A DNA stretch of 64,000 nucleotides from an uncultured Bacillota bacterium. GTDB lineage: Bacteria; Sysuimicrobiota; Sysuimicrobiia; Sysuimicrobiales; Segetimicrobiaceae. A program made the position numbers and the translations under genes. Positions 1 to 10,356 of the stretch are shown here, one piece after another. The stretch's first letter is position 1, and each line of letters opens with the position of its first letter. Below the pieces are notes generated by a model, which was given only the letters and a program-made list of their open reading frames with translations, was not told where the DNA came from and searched no databases. The DNA lies in contig CAWBBU010000012.1 of assembly GCA_963787105.1 (NCBI GenBank), positions 48,774 to 112,773 of the forward strand, read 5' to 3'.

Positions 1-719
1 CCGCACAGGAGATCGAAGACGACGGCGAGCCCAAATCCCTTATAACCTCCGAAGGGGAGGAGCATGCCGCCGTCCATGATCGCTTCGGGACGGTCGGTCG
101 GGCGTCCCTCGTGGTCGACGCCCCAGCCGAACGGGACCGGCTTGCCCTGTCCGCGCGCGCGCTGCAACTTGCCCTGCGCCACCACGCTGGTCGCCATGTC
201 GAGGACGACGGGTCGCTCGCGCCCCGACGGGAAGGCGTAGGCGATGGGGTTGTTTCCGACCACGGGGGCGGCGCCGCCGTCGGGCGGCATGAGCGGGATC
301 GTGTTCGTCATCGCGACGCCGACGAACCCCTGGGCCGAGGCGCGCATTGCATAATAGGCCGCGGCGCCGAAGTGCGTCGAGCGGCTGACGCCGACAAAGC
401 CGACGCCCGCGGCGCGCGCCTTCGCGATCGCGATGTCCATCGCGCGCACGCTCACCACCTGACCGAGGCTGTCGTGGCCGTCGACGTGCGCGAACGCCGG
501 GCCCTCCCGCGTAATCGTGACGGTGGCCGCGGCGGGGACGATCCCGGCCCGGACCCGCCGGACGTACGTCGCCAGCCGCATCACGCCGTGGGAGTGGACG
601 CCGCGGAGGTCCGCCTCGACGAGGGTGTCCGCGACAAGGTCGGCGTCGGGTGTCGGCACGCCCACCCGCTGGAACGCCGCGCTGGTGAACGCGGTTAATC
701 GGGACGCGGCAATCGGCAT
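1..719 (-). CDS. Ldh_2-family (malate/L-lactate/sulfolactate-type) dehydrogenase; C-terminus lies beyond the window edge
   Basis: Reverse-strand translation from ATG (complement 717-719) gives MPIAASRLTAFTSAAFQRVGVPTPDADLVADTLVEADLRGVHSHGVMRLATYVRRV...GGYKGFGLAVVFDLLCG, typical of the Ldh_2 family. An AGGAGG ribosome-binding site sits 6 nt upstream. It is absent from the ORF track because no stop codon falls inside the window. Confidence 0.65.
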   Translation of the reverse strand, partial: MPIAASRLTAFTSAAFQRVGVPTPDADLVADTLVEADLRGVHSHGVMRLATYVRRVRAGIVPAAATVTITREGPAFAHVDGHDSLGQVVSVRAMDIAIAKARAAGVGFVGVSRSTHFGAAAYYAMRASAQGFVGVAMTNTIPLMPPDGGAAPVVGNNPIAYAFPSGRERPVVLDMATSVVAQGKLQRARGQGKPVPFGWGVDHEGRPTDRPEAIMDGGMLLPFGGYKGFGLAVVFDLLC

Positions 720-953
720 GGTGGTCCTCCTGACCGGGATGGGGACGAGTTCGTGCGCAGCCGGGGCCCTTCCTACGCCCGCCGTGCCGCGCCACATTCT
801 TGCGAGTCCGCGCCCAGACGGGGTATACTCGTTAGAGGGCCCGTTCATTGCCGGCCGATTAGTTGGGGTGGTTGAAGTGGATCAGCTCGAGGGGGCCAAT
901 CGTCGCCGACATCGCAGCCGCATACGCTGTAGTTCTAGCAGAGAGAGGACTAC

Positions 954-3389
954 GTTGACCCAGCCACCTCGAGCGTCGGGTGCGCCCCGGACCGGGCCGA
1001 AGAAACAGCAGCGCAAGGCGCCACCTCACGCCGCGTGGCGTGCCGTCGGAAAGATCGCGAGGATGTTGGCGATCATGGCCGTCGCGGTGGCCCTGGTTGG
1101 TGCGGGGCTGTTCGTCGGGGCGGCGATCTCCATCGCCGGGCACCTCCCGTCCGTCGACGCGCTGTATTCGTCCCCGAGCGAGGCCACGCGCATCTACGCC
1201 GCCAGCGGCGAATTGATCGCCAGTCTCTACCAGGAAAACCGCGACAGCGTTACGCTGGCGGCCATGCCGGTCGCGCTGCAGCGCGCCGTCGTGGACACCG
1301 AGGACGCGGACTTCTATCGAAATCCCGGGATCTCCGTCCGCGGAATTTTGCGGGCCGGGGTGCGGAACATGGTCGAAGGCGGCTACGCCGAAGGCGGCAG
1401 CACGATCACGCAGCAGCTCGCCCGAAACTTGTTCCTGACCAGCCAGAAGTCGCTGACGCGCAAGATCGCCGAGATCATGCTCGCCGTGCAGATCGAGCGG
1501 CGGCTGACGAAGGATGAGATCCTCCAGCGCTATCTCAACCAGGTGTACCTGGGTGAGGGCGCGTACGGAGTCGAGACGGCGGCCGAGGTGTACTTCGGCA
1601 AGCCGGCCAAGGACTTGACCCTCACCCAGTCCGCGATGCTCGCCGGCCTGATCCGCGCGCCGTCGCTCTACTCGCCGTACGAGCACCCCGACCGGGCGCA
1701 CGATCGGCTCGGCGGAGGTGCTGCAGCGCATGGTCGACCGTGGAGACCTCACGGACGCCCAAATGCGCACCGCGCTCGCTTCCCCGCTCGGCTCGCGGCG
1801 AAGGGAAACGGCGGGCTGATCGGCGTCCGCGCCCCGTATTTTGTAAGCTACATCCTGCCCGGTCTGATTCAACGATACGGCGAGGATGAGCTGTACAAGG
1901 GCGGGCTGCGCATCTACACGACACTCGACCTCGATCTCGAGGCCAAAGCCACGGCGGCGCTCCGGGCGGGGATCGATGCCGCGCAGCGCCAGCATCAGAA
2001 CGTCAGTCAGGGCGCCATCGTCATGATCGACCCGCAGACGGGGGCGGTGCGGGCGATGGTCGGCGGGTACGATTTTCGCACGAGCCAGTTTGATCGGGCG
2101 TGGCAGGCGCACCGCCAGCCCGGATCGGCCTTCAAGCCGTTCACGTACACGGTCGCCCTGATGCAGGGGATGCCCCCGTCGCGCCTCGTGCTCGACGCGC
2201 CGATCGAATTTCCGATGCCGGACGGCAAGGTGTGGAAGCCGCTCGACTACGACCGGACCTATCATGGGTGGATCACGGCCCGCTACGCGGTGGAGAATTC
2301 GATCAACACCGCCGCGGTCCGGGTGGAACAGCAGGTCGGTCCGCGCGCGATTGTGAAGCTCGCGCAGCGGATGGGCATCCAAAGCCCGCTCGAGCCGACG
2401 CTGTCGCTGACGCTCGGGGCCTCCGACGTCACCCCGCTCGAGATGACGAGCGCCTACGGGGTGTTCGCCGACAACGGCATCCGTGCGGATCCGATGCCGA
2501 TCCTCAAGGTGACCGATCGACAGGCAAAGTGCTCGAGGAGCATACGCCGGTGCGCACGGTCGTGTTGAGCCCCGAGGTCGCGTACGTGATGACCGACATG
2601 CTGAAGGGCGTGATTTTGCGCGGCACCGGCGTCGCGGCGAATATCGGGATTCCGTCCGCGGGCAAGACCGGCACCGCCGACGACTACCGCAACGCGTGGT
2701 TCATCGGATACACGCCGTACCTGGTCACGACCGTATGGGTCGGCAACGACGACGACTCCGCCATGAACAAGGTGACGGGCGGCGAGGTGCCCGCGGGTAT
2801 TTGGGCGGCGCTGATGAAGCAGGCGACGGCGAAGATGCCGCACGATGATTGGACCCAACCGGACGGTGTCGTACAGGAGGCGGTCTGCGGCAGCACCGGA
2901 TTGCTGGCCGGGCCCGGTTGTCCCGACCCCCGCTCGGATCTCTTCATTAAAGGCACGGAACCGGCGGTGTACGTGCCTCCGGTGACGCCGGCCGTCACGG
3001 CCGCGGCGACCACGACGCCGCCCGCGACGGTGGATGCGGCTCAGCCCGCGGGTGGGACGGCGCCGCCGGCGGAGGCCGCGTCGGACGGACCGCTCAGTGT
3101 CACGCTGTCCGCCCCGGCGGACGGCGGCCAAGTGGCAATGCCGTTCACGGTCCAGGGGACCACCCAGCCGGCCGCGACCGTCCACATTGTCGTGCAGGCC
3201 CAAGGGTCTTCGGCGGGGACCGCGGGGGCCCAAGTCGCCGACGTGTACCTGCGCGCCGATACGGCGGGTGCCTTTGCCTTTCAGGTGAGGCCATGGACGG
3301 CGTCGCCCGCGGGCACCTACGTGGTGACGGTGACCGCGTCGCTCGGGCTGCAGAGCGCGACCGCGACGGTGACAGTGAAGCCGCAGTAG
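954..3389 (+). CDS. mrcA: Class A penicillin-binding protein (PBP1A; transglycosylase + transpeptidase) with a Thr/Ala/Pro-rich linker and a C-terminal beta-rich extension; reading frame broken at 3 or more places
   Basis: Glycosyltransferase motifs are present (RIYAASGELIASLYQENR..EDADFYRNPGISVRGILRA..ITQQLARNLFLT). Transpeptidase motifs are present (QPGSAFKPFTYTVAL, SINTAAV, KTGTADDYRNAWFIGYTPY). A probable TTG start at 954 is preceded by GAGAGG. The protein is only continuous if the frame changes near 1700-1800 (an alternate frame reads EVLQRMVDRGDLTDAQMRTALASPL) and near 2525. Confidence 0.8.
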
Positions 3390-3507
3390 GGGCGGGTTCA
3401 CGCGGATGTCGGCGGCCCCCGCGCCTTGCGCGCGACGGGGCCGCCGGGCTATAGTAGGGGCGTATGTTCGCGGACTGGGGGACGGTCCGCCGCCGAGGGG
3501 GTTCAGC

Positions 3508-4248
3508 GTGTCCGGACACTCAAAGTGGCACAACATCAAGATCAAAAAGGGCAAGGTCGACCTGCAGCGCGGGAAGCTGTTCAGCAAGCTGGGCCGTGAG
3601 ATCATCATCGCCGCCAAACACGGCGGGGGGGATCCGGCTGGCAACATGCGGCTGCGCGCCGCGATTGACCGGGCGCGCGAGGCCAGCATGCCGAACGACA
3701 ACATCAGCCGGGCGGTCGCCCGCGGGGTCGGTGGGGCCGAGGGCGAGAACTACGAAGAGGCGACCTACGAGGGCATGGGGCCCGGGGGCGTCGCGGTGCT
3801 GATTGAGGTCCAGACCGACAACCGCAACCGGACCGTGTCGGAGATCCGGAACGTTCTGACCAAGGCGGGCGGGTCGATGGGCGCGTCCGTCGCGTGGATC
3901 TTCGAGAAGCGGGGGGTGATCACGATCCCGCGCACCGCCGCGTCCGAAGACGAGGTGCTGGCGAAGGCGATCGACGCCGGCGCCGAGGACATGAAGACGG
4001 TCGACGACGAGTACGAGATCACCACGGCGCCCGAGGACTTTGCCGCGGTGCGGAAGGCGCTCGAGGACGCCGGGTACAAGCCCGCGTCCGCCGAGATTAC
4101 GATGGTGCCGAAGCAGACGGTGCCGCTCGCCGGCAAGGAGGCGCAGCAGGTGCTGCGGCTCATGGACACGCTCGAGGATCACGACGACGTCCAGCACGTG
4201 TACGCGAACTTCGACATTCCCGATGAAGTGCTCCAGCAGGTCGGATGA
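3508..4248 (+). CDS. yebC: YebC/PmpR-family transcriptional regulator
   Basis: The protein begins (V)SGHSKWHNIKIKKGKVDLQRGKLFSKLGREIIIAAKHGGGDP from a GTG start with a GAGGGGG ribosome-binding site. It sits in the classic position upstream of ruvC. Confidence 0.85.
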   Translation: MSGHSKWHNIKIKKGKVDLQRGKLFSKLGREIIIAAKHGGGDPAGNMRLRAAIDRAREASMPNDNISRAVARGVGGAEGENYEEATYEGMGPGGVAVLIEVQTDNRNRTVSEIRNVLTKAGGSMGASVAWIFEKRGVITIPRTAASEDEVLAKAIDAGAEDMKTVDDEYEITTAPEDFAAVRKALEDAGYKPASAEITMVPKQTVPLAGKEAQQVLRLMDTLEDHDDVQHVYANFDIPDEVLQQVG

Positions 4249-4261
4249 CCGGAGGACGTTG

Positions 4262-4723
4262 ATGGGACTGCGCGAGAACGTGCAGAACGGCTACCAGATG
4301 ATTTGGACCACCGCCCAGAAGAACGTGGAAGCGATGCCCGACAGCGGCATGGAGTTTACCCCGGCGGGCCTCGATACCCGGCCGTTTCGCGCGATCGCCA
4401 TGCACATGGCGAATATCAGCGTGATGTTCGGGGAGAACATCGGCAAGAGCACCTGGGAGCGGATCGTCACGTATCCCATGGACAAGCCGATGCCCAAGGC
4501 CGACGTGTTGGCGGCGATGCGCCAGGCCGGCGAGCGGTTTCTCGCGGGCCTCGCAAAACTGACGGACGAAGAAGCGGCACGCACCGTCAAGGTGCCCTGG
4601 GGCGCCGAGATGCTGCAGGGTGCCGTCGTCGCGGTCAACGTGCCGCACCTGTTTTACCATAACGGGCAGCTCTCGATTTATCTCCGCATGCAGGGGGTCC
4701 AGCCGCTGTTTCTCGCTCGTTAG
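4262..4723 (+). CDS. DinB/DinB_2-family (damage-inducible, four-helix-bundle metal hydrolase-like) protein
   Basis: A 153-aa ORF reads MGLRENVQNGYQMIWTTAQKNVEAMPDSGMEFTPAGLDTRPFRAIAMHMANISVMF...HLFYHNGQLSIYLRMQG, with DinB-like motif spacing. Confidence 0.45.
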   Translation: MGLRENVQNGYQMIWTTAQKNVEAMPDSGMEFTPAGLDTRPFRAIAMHMANISVMFGENIGKSTWERIVTYPMDKPMPKADVLAAMRQAGERFLAGLAKLTDEEAARTVKVPWGAEMLQGAVVAVNVPHLFYHNGQLSIYLRMQGVQPLFLAR

Positions 4724-4833
4724 AGCTCCGAGACCGCGCCGCCGGAGGAATGTCCGCTCAGACGGCGAACGCTGGTTCGTGGGTCCGCGCCACGGACGCA
4801 GGCGTGATTCAGGCCGACTCGGAGCAGTGTGCA

Positions 4834-5343
4834 TGCGCATTCTTGGAATCGATCCGGGACTACATCTCACCGGGTACGGTATTGTAGAGACGACGGGGCG
4901 CGGGGTCGTCCTCGTCGAGGCCGGATTGATCCGCACCAACGTCCGGGCGTCCCTTCCCGATCGGCTCCACGAGCTCTACGCCGGCGTGAGCGACGTGCTG
5001 GCCGACGGCCGCCCCGCGGCGATCGCCCTCGAGGACGTCTTCGCGCACCCCGCGTTTCCCAGGACGGCGATCATCATCGGGACACGTGTGCGGTGTCATC
5101 GGCCTGAGCGCGGCGCAGGCGCGGGTCCCCGTGGATACGATCCCGCCCGCCGCGGTCAAGCGCGCGATGGTGGCGTTCGGGCAGGCCGGCAAGCGGCAGG
5201 TCCAGCGCATGGTCCGGGTGCTGCTGGACCTCGACGACGAGCCGAGCTCGCACGTGGCCGACGCGCTGGCGCTCGCGCTCGTCGGGGCGTCGCGCCGGGG
5301 CGCCGTGCTGGGTGCCGCGGCCGGCGTCCGGGGGTCCGCGTGA
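4834..5343 (+). CDS. ruvC: Holliday junction resolvase RuvC, with a frameshift near 5075
   Basis: The N-terminus is MRILGIDPGLHLTGYGIVE. The C-terminal half (GVIGLSAAQARVPVDTIPPAAVKRAMVAFGQAGKRQVQRMVRVLLDL) is only in frame after a +/-1 shift at about 5075. Confidence 0.8.
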
Positions 5344-5972
5344 TCGCGTTCCTCCGCGGCCCGATCATCCGACGCACCGATGAGTTTCTCGTCATCGAGT
5401 GCGGCGGGGTCGGGTACGAAGTGCATCTCCCTGGGTTTCTTCGGGATCTCTTGCGCAGTGATCCGCAGCGCATCGGTGAAACGGCCGAGCTGCACGTGTC
5501 CTACCACGTTTCGACGAATCAGCCACGGCCGCTCTTGGTGGGGTTTCTGCGCGAGATCGAGCAGGAGTTTTTTGAGCGGTTCATTACGGTCGACGGCCTC
5601 GGCCCCACGAAAGCGATGAAGGCGATCGTGCATCCGGTCGAACAGGTGGCGGACGCGATTGAGCGCAAGGACGTCGGATTTCTCCGCCGGCTGCCCGGAA
5701 TCGGCGGGCGGACGGCCGAGAAGATCGTCGCCGCGCTTCACGGAAAGATGGGCAAGTACGCGCTGCTGCGCACCGAGGCGGCCGTCCCGGTCGAGGCGGC
5801 GGCCGAGGATTTCCGTGAGGAGGTGCTCGAGGTGCTCACGGGACAGCTTGGGCACCGCGGCAGCGAGGCCAAGCGCATGGTCGATGAGGCGCTGCGGCGC
5901 AACCCCGCGATCGCGTCCGCGGAAGATCTGTTCCAGGAAGTGTACCGCGCGGAGCGGGGGGCGCCGGCGTGA
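5340..5972 (+). CDS. ruvA: Holliday junction branch-migration protein RuvA
   Basis: A GTG start overlaps the ruvC stop (GTGA). The protein reads VIAFLRGPIIRRTDEFLVIECGGVGYEVHLP...FITVDGLGPTKAMKAIV...LRRLPGIGGRTAEKIV. Confidence 0.85.
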   Translation: MIAFLRGPIIRRTDEFLVIECGGVGYEVHLPGFLRDLLRSDPQRIGETAELHVSYHVSTNQPRPLLVGFLREIEQEFFERFITVDGLGPTKAMKAIVHPVEQVADAIERKDVGFLRRLPGIGGRTAEKIVAALHGKMGKYALLRTEAAVPVEAAAEDFREEVLEVLTGQLGHRGSEAKRMVDEALRRNPAIASAEDLFQEVYRAERGAPA

Positions 5973-7043
5973 CCCGCGAGCGTGTCGCCGGCGGGAAGCC
6001 GACGCCACGGCCCAGTGGAACGGTGCCGCCGCCGGCCGCGGGGGGAGAAGACGAGCAGCTCATCCGCAGCCTGCGGCCCAAGCGGCTCGACGAGTGCATC
6101 GGGCAGGCCCGCGTCATCAGCGGCCTCAAGATCGGCCTCCAGGCCGCGCGCGATCGGGGCGAGGCGCTCGACCATGTGCTCCTGCACGGGCCGCCCGGCT
6201 CTGGGCAAGACGACGTTCGCGAATGTGATTGCGACCGAGATGGCGACGGGGATCGTGACCACCTCGGGGCCGGCGCTCGAGCGCGGCGGCGATCTGATGG
6301 GGATCCTCACGAACTTGAATCGGGGAGACGTCCTGTTCATCGACGAGATCCACCGCCTTCCGCGCGCGGTGGAGGAGTTCTTGTATCCGGCGATGGAGGA
6401 CTTTTGCGTCAACTTCGTCATCGAGAAGGGCGCGCACGCGCGCTCGCTGCGCTACACGCTGCGGCCGTTTACGCTCGTCGGCGCGACGACGCGGGCCGGG
6501 CTGCTGTCGTCTCCGTTGCGCGATCGGTTTGGGATCACCCAGCACCTGGACTTCTATCCCGTGGAGGATCTAACGCGCGTGGTGCACCGTTCGGCCTCGA
6601 TCCTCGGCGTGTCCGTCACCGACGAGGGGGCCGCGGAGATCGCCCGCCGCGCGCGAGGCACGCCGCGGATCGCGAACCGGCTCCTGCGCCGTGTGCGCGA
6701 CTTTGCACAGGTCCGCGCCGACGGGGCGATCTCGCTGGCACTGGCGCGGGAAGCGCTTGAGTTCGAGGGCGTCGACCCGCTGGGGCTCGACGGCCAGGAC
6801 CGTGAGGTGCTGCGGACCATCATCCAGGTCTACGGGGGCGGTCCGGTCGGGATCGAGGCGCTCGCGGCCACGCTGAACGAAGAGGTGGATAGCCTCGTCG
6901 AGATGGTGGAGCCGTACCTCTTGAAGATCGGGTTCCTGACGCGCACCCAGGCGGGCCGTCGGGTGACGGCGCAGGCGGCGGAGCATCTCGGCCTCGCGGT
7001 GCCGGAGCACGGCGGCCGCGGCCAGGGCTCGTTGTTCTCGTAG
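5969..7043 (+). CDS. ruvB: Holliday junction ATPase RuvB, with a frameshift near 6200
   Basis: The N-terminal frame carries [43 protein letters not shown]. After an indel it continues in a second frame as [25 protein letters not shown]...[18 protein letters not shown]. Confidence 0.85.
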
Positions 7044-7045
7044 CC

Positions 7046-7255
7046 ATGCCGCAGATCGGACGCTTCCTCATCACGCTCGGCGTCTTCTTGATCATCCTGG
7101 GGGGACTCACGATGGTCTTGGGGATGCTGCCGAGGTTCCCCGGTGACATCTACATCCAGCGGAAAGGATTCACGCTGTACGTGCCGATCCTCGGGAGCCT
7201 GCTGCTGAGCATTGTGCTCACGATCCTCTTGAACCTGTTTTTCGCGCGCCGATGA
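7046..7255 (+). CDS. DUF2905-family small membrane protein
   Basis: The 69-aa product is MPQIGRFLITLGVFLIILGGLTMVLGMLPRFPGDIYIQRKGFTLYVPILGSLLLSIVLTILLNLF. The family is commonly found directly after ruvB. Confidence 0.7.
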   Translation: MPQIGRFLITLGVFLIILGGLTMVLGMLPRFPGDIYIQRKGFTLYVPILGSLLLSIVLTILLNLFFARR

Positions 7256-8397
7256 TGCGCCCGCTCCTGTGCCTCGCGGTCGGGGCGGCGGTGGCCGCGC
7301 TCGGCGGCTTCGCGCCGGGGCCGGCGAGGGCCACCGAGATGATGATCGTCCGGGTGGCCGTGCAGGTGGATCAGCCCGCGGTGATGCTGAACGCGGACGG
7401 CCCGGTCCAGGTTGTGGCGCGGGACACGGGGTCGGCGGTGACGCTCGCGGGGACCGCGTGGACGGTGCTCCCGTCGGCCAGCGGGTTGACCATCGCCGGC
7501 ACCGCGTTCGGCGAGGTCGTGCGCGTGTCGGCGGGCACCGGGCTGCTGCGCATCGCCGGCAAGCCCTATCGGGGGACGATTGAGCTGCAGCGCAGTCCTG
7601 CGGGCCGCGTCACCGCGATCGACGAACTGCCGCTCGAGGCCTACCTGTACGGGGTGATCAAGGGGGAGATCGATCCGGCGTGGCCGCCGGCCGCCGTGCA
7701 GGCGCAGGCGGTGGCGGCACGGACGCTCGCGGTCGAGCGCATCGCGGAGGTTCACGCGGGCGTCACCGGATACGATCTGACCGCTACCACCGACGCGCAG
7801 GTCTACCTCGGCGCCGCGGCCGAAAATCCCGCGGCGACGGCCGCCGTGGACGCGACCCGGGGCCTGCTCGTGACGTATCAAGGCCAGCCGATCTTCGCGG
7901 CGTACCACTCGAACTCGGGCGGCCATACCGAGGACAGCGAGAACGTCTGGGGAACCGCCTATCCCTACCTGCGCGGGGTCGCGGATCCGTACGCGCTCAG
8001 CGCTCCCAGCGTGGAGTGGATGGTGACGCTGCCGCTCGCGTCGATCGAGGCCACGCTCCAGCGGGCTCAGGTCGCGGTGGCCGGACTCGGCGACGTGTCC
8101 CCTGGGCGCGAGACCGCGTGGGGGCGGGCGATCACCGTGCGCCTCACGAGCGGCGACGGCTCGGTGCAGGAGATCAATGCCAATCGCTTCCGGCTGCTGG
8201 TGGGCGCCGGCGTCATTCGCAGCACCATGTTCACCGTGACGCGGGACGGGGCATCGGAGGCGTTCTCCGGCCGGGGCTCCGGGCACGGCGTGGGCCTCGA
8301 CCAGTGGGGCGCGCGGGCGATGGCGGCGCAGGGCGCGACCTTCGAGCAGATCCTCAAGTTTTATTACACCGGTGTGGACATTAATCAACTCTACTGA
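7252..8397 (+). CDS. SpoIID/LytB-domain protein (lytic transglycosylase-like), secreted
   Basis: An N-terminal signal peptide is followed by AQAVAARTLAVERIAEVHAGVTGYDLTATTDAQVYLG...FAAYHSNSGGHTEDSENVWGTAYPYLRGV. Confidence 0.75.
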   Translation: MMRPLLCLAVGAAVAALGGFAPGPARATEMMIVRVAVQVDQPAVMLNADGPVQVVARDTGSAVTLAGTAWTVLPSASGLTIAGTAFGEVVRVSAGTGLLRIAGKPYRGTIELQRSPAGRVTAIDELPLEAYLYGVIKGEIDPAWPPAAVQAQAVAARTLAVERIAEVHAGVTGYDLTATTDAQVYLGAAAENPAATAAVDATRGLLVTYQGQPIFAAYHSNSGGHTEDSENVWGTAYPYLRGVADPYALSAPSVEWMVTLPLASIEATLQRAQVAVAGLGDVSPGRETAWGRAITVRLTSGDGSVQEINANRFRLLVGAGVIRSTMFTVTRDGASEAFSGRGSGHGVGLDQWGARAMAAQGATFEQILKFYYTGVDINQLY

Positions 8398-8562
8398 TGG
8401 GGCCGGGGCCTGCCGCCGTGTCTCCCCGTCGGCGGACGCCTCGATCGCATTCGCCGTCCCGGTGCGCCTACGGGATCGGGGGCGCGATGGGAGCGTGATC
8501 GAAGTCACGCCGGTGGATCCGATGCTGAACACGCCCCGAAGACTCGACGGGTCCCGAGTGCT

Positions 8563-9891
8563 ATGGGTCCGCGCCGCCTGATCCTGGTGGTCGGCGCGGC
8601 GGTGCTCGCGGCCGTGAGCGCGGCGGCCGCGCAGGTGTCGCTCGGTCAATCGGTGACGGACCTGAGCGGCCGCTTCACGTTGCGCGTCCCCGCCGCGTGG
8701 CAGGTACGTAGGGACGCGGCCGGCCCGGCCGCGGTGGTGGCCTCGGCGCCCGCGCAGAGCGGGACGCGCGTGTCCGCCAGTCTCCAGGTCGTCGTGTCGC
8801 CGCTCGTGGGATCGAGCACGCCCGCGCAGCTCGCTGCGGTCGCAGAGGGGGCGCTCAAGAACTCCGTGCGGCACTATGCGGTCGTGCAGCAGGGGGCGAC
8901 GACCGTGAACGGGCGCCCCGCGTACTACCGGTATTTCACGGGGGATCGGAACGACGGGGTGGGGCTGTATCAGGTGCAGACGTACGTGACCGTGGACGAG
9001 ACGGGATTCGTCGTGACCGGGACCACGGGAAACACTCCCGAGCAGATTCGGAGCGACATCCCGCTCCTGGTGCAAATCATCAACACGTTTCGGCCGCTGT
9101 CACTCTCCGCGGCGCTGATCCCCCTCGATGCGCCGGGTGCGACCGCGACGGTGGCCAACGGGATCAACGCGGCGGGCGCCGTCGTCGGCTTCTTCACGGA
9201 TCCGAGCCGCCGCGTGCACGGGTTTCTGCGCGCGCCCGCAGGAGCCTTCACCACGATCGATGCGCCAGGCGCGCCGACGACCGCCGCCTATGGGATCAAC
9301 GGGGCCGGGCAGATCGTGGGGTTGTTCGGGGACACCCGCTCGACGCACGGGTTTGTCCGCACGCCCGGGGGTACGGTGACCGCGATCAACGTGCCGGCCG
9401 CGGCCGTGACCATCGCCTACGGCATCAACGACGCTGGGCAGATCGTGGGCGTCTACGAGGACGCGGCCCGCCACCAGCATGGCTTCGTGCGCAGCCCGGG
9501 CGGCGTCCTCACGACGATCAACGCCCCGGGCGCGGCGGGAACGGTGGCGTTCGGAATCAACGACGCCGGGCAGATCGTGGGCGTCTTCGGGGACGCGAGC
9601 GGCAAGTTCCACGGGTTCGTGCGCGCCCCTGCGGGGACGTTTACCACGATCGATGCTCCTGGCGGCGTCGGCACGCGCGCCAACGGCATCAACGATGCCG
9701 GGCAGATCGTCGGGCGCTTCGAGGACGCGACCGGACACCAGCACGCGTTCCTGCGCACGTCCGGAGGCGTCTTCACCACGCTCGACGCACCGGGTGCCAC
9801 GGGAGGCACGCACGCGCAGGGGATCAACCACGCCGGCGCGATCGTCGGCGACTTCGCGTCGGCCGCCGTCCACGGCTTTCTGATGCCCTGA
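8563..9891 (+). CDS. Secreted HAF-family extracellular repeat protein (N-terminal domain plus about 5.5 tandem repeats of about 41 aa)
   Basis: The signal peptide is MGPRRLILVVGAAVLAAVSAAAAQV. The C-terminal half is tandem repeats of consensus A-GIN-AGQIVG-F-D----HGF(HAF)-R-PGG-FTTIDAPGA--T. The diagnostic HAFL and HGFV/HGFL motifs are present. Confidence 0.7.
   Translation: MGPRRLILVVGAAVLAAVSAAAAQVSLGQSVTDLSGRFTLRVPAAWQVRRDAAGPAAVVASAPAQSGTRVSASLQVVVSPLVGSSTPAQLAAVAEGALKNSVRHYAVVQQGATTVNGRPAYYRYFTGDRNDGVGLYQVQTYVTVDETGFVVTGTTGNTPEQIRSDIPLLVQIINTFRPLSLSAALIPLDAPGATATVANGINAAGAVVGFFTDPSRRVHGFLRAPAGAFTTIDAPGAPTTAAYGINGAGQIVGLFGDTRSTHGFVRTPGGTVTAINVPAAAVTIAYGINDAGQIVGVYEDAARHQHGFVRSPGGVLTTINAPGAAGTVAFGINDAGQIVGVFGDASGKFHGFVRAPAGTFTTIDAPGGVGTRANGINDAGQIVGRFEDATGHQHAFLRTSGGVFTTLDAPGATGGTHAQGINHAGAIVGDFASAAVHGFLMP
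9130..9891 (+). repeat. Intragenic tandem DNA repeats of about 123 bp, about 5.5 copies, encoding the HAF repeats
   Basis: Recurring nucleotide blocks (e.g. ggcatcaacgacgccgggcagatcgtggg / ttcaccacgatcgatgc) at a regular period of about 120 bp are visible at both DNA and protein level. Confidence 0.7.
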
Positions 9892-9914
9892 CCGCGAGCG
9901 GGGCGTCGATCGCC

Positions 9915-10314
9915 TCAGGCAGACGGGGCCCGCGACTCCTGTCCGAAGACGATCCGGTGGCCGTCGGTCGTGGTGACGACGATCTCACGCATCCCGTACG
10001 GCCGGTCCGCCGGTGCCGAGGATTCCGCGCCTCGCGCGGTGATCTCCGCGTAGAGGGCGTCGACGTCATCGACATCCACGTAGCCGAACCAGCGGTGGGA
10101 CCCGAGCTCCGCCGGACGCAGATCGCGCGGACAGTGGCCCAGCATCACCCGCACGCCGTCGCGCTCGACGAGCCGCCAGTCCGCGGCGTCTTCCCAGCGA
10201 ACCCGGAAGCCCAAGACATCCCGGAAGTACCTGGCACTCCGATCGAGGTCGGGCACCGCCAGCACGAACGCCCACGGGGCGAGTCTCGGCCGGACGTGCG
10301 CGTCCGCGGTCATC
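9915..10314 (-). CDS. Glyoxalase/bleomycin-resistance (VOC) family protein
   Basis: The product is MTADAHVRPRLAPWAFVLAVPDLDRSARYFRDVLGFRVRWEDAADWRLVERDGVRVMLGHCP...YGMREIVVTTTDGHRIVF. The long upstream extension in the ORF track is an artefact of high-GC sequence. Confidence 0.7.
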
Positions 10315-10356
10315 GCCGCGGCCCGCGGCGGCGCGATCGGGCGCCGGGGTCCTCCC

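Noticed and set aside
40-795. 251-aa minus-strand ORF and 195-aa plus-strand ORF at the window start
   Set aside because: The real gene is the Ldh_2 dehydrogenase in a different minus-strand frame (complement 1-719). These two are alternative-frame artefacts.
859-2382. 507-aa ORF on the minus strand antisense to the PBP1A gene
   Set aside because: Its composition is typical of high-GC antisense frames (Arg/Gly/Pro/Ala-rich, no recognisable motifs). The sense strand encodes a clearly conserved PBP1A.
7150-9075. 641-aa minus-strand ORF spanning SpoIID and the HAF-repeat gene
   Set aside because: It is an antisense high-GC artefact. Both sense-strand genes have strong family signatures and signal peptides.
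9130-9891. Possible CRISPR-like regular repeats
   Set aside because: The periodicity is about 123 bp and lies inside a coding sequence (HAF protein repeats). There are no short direct repeats with unique spacers.
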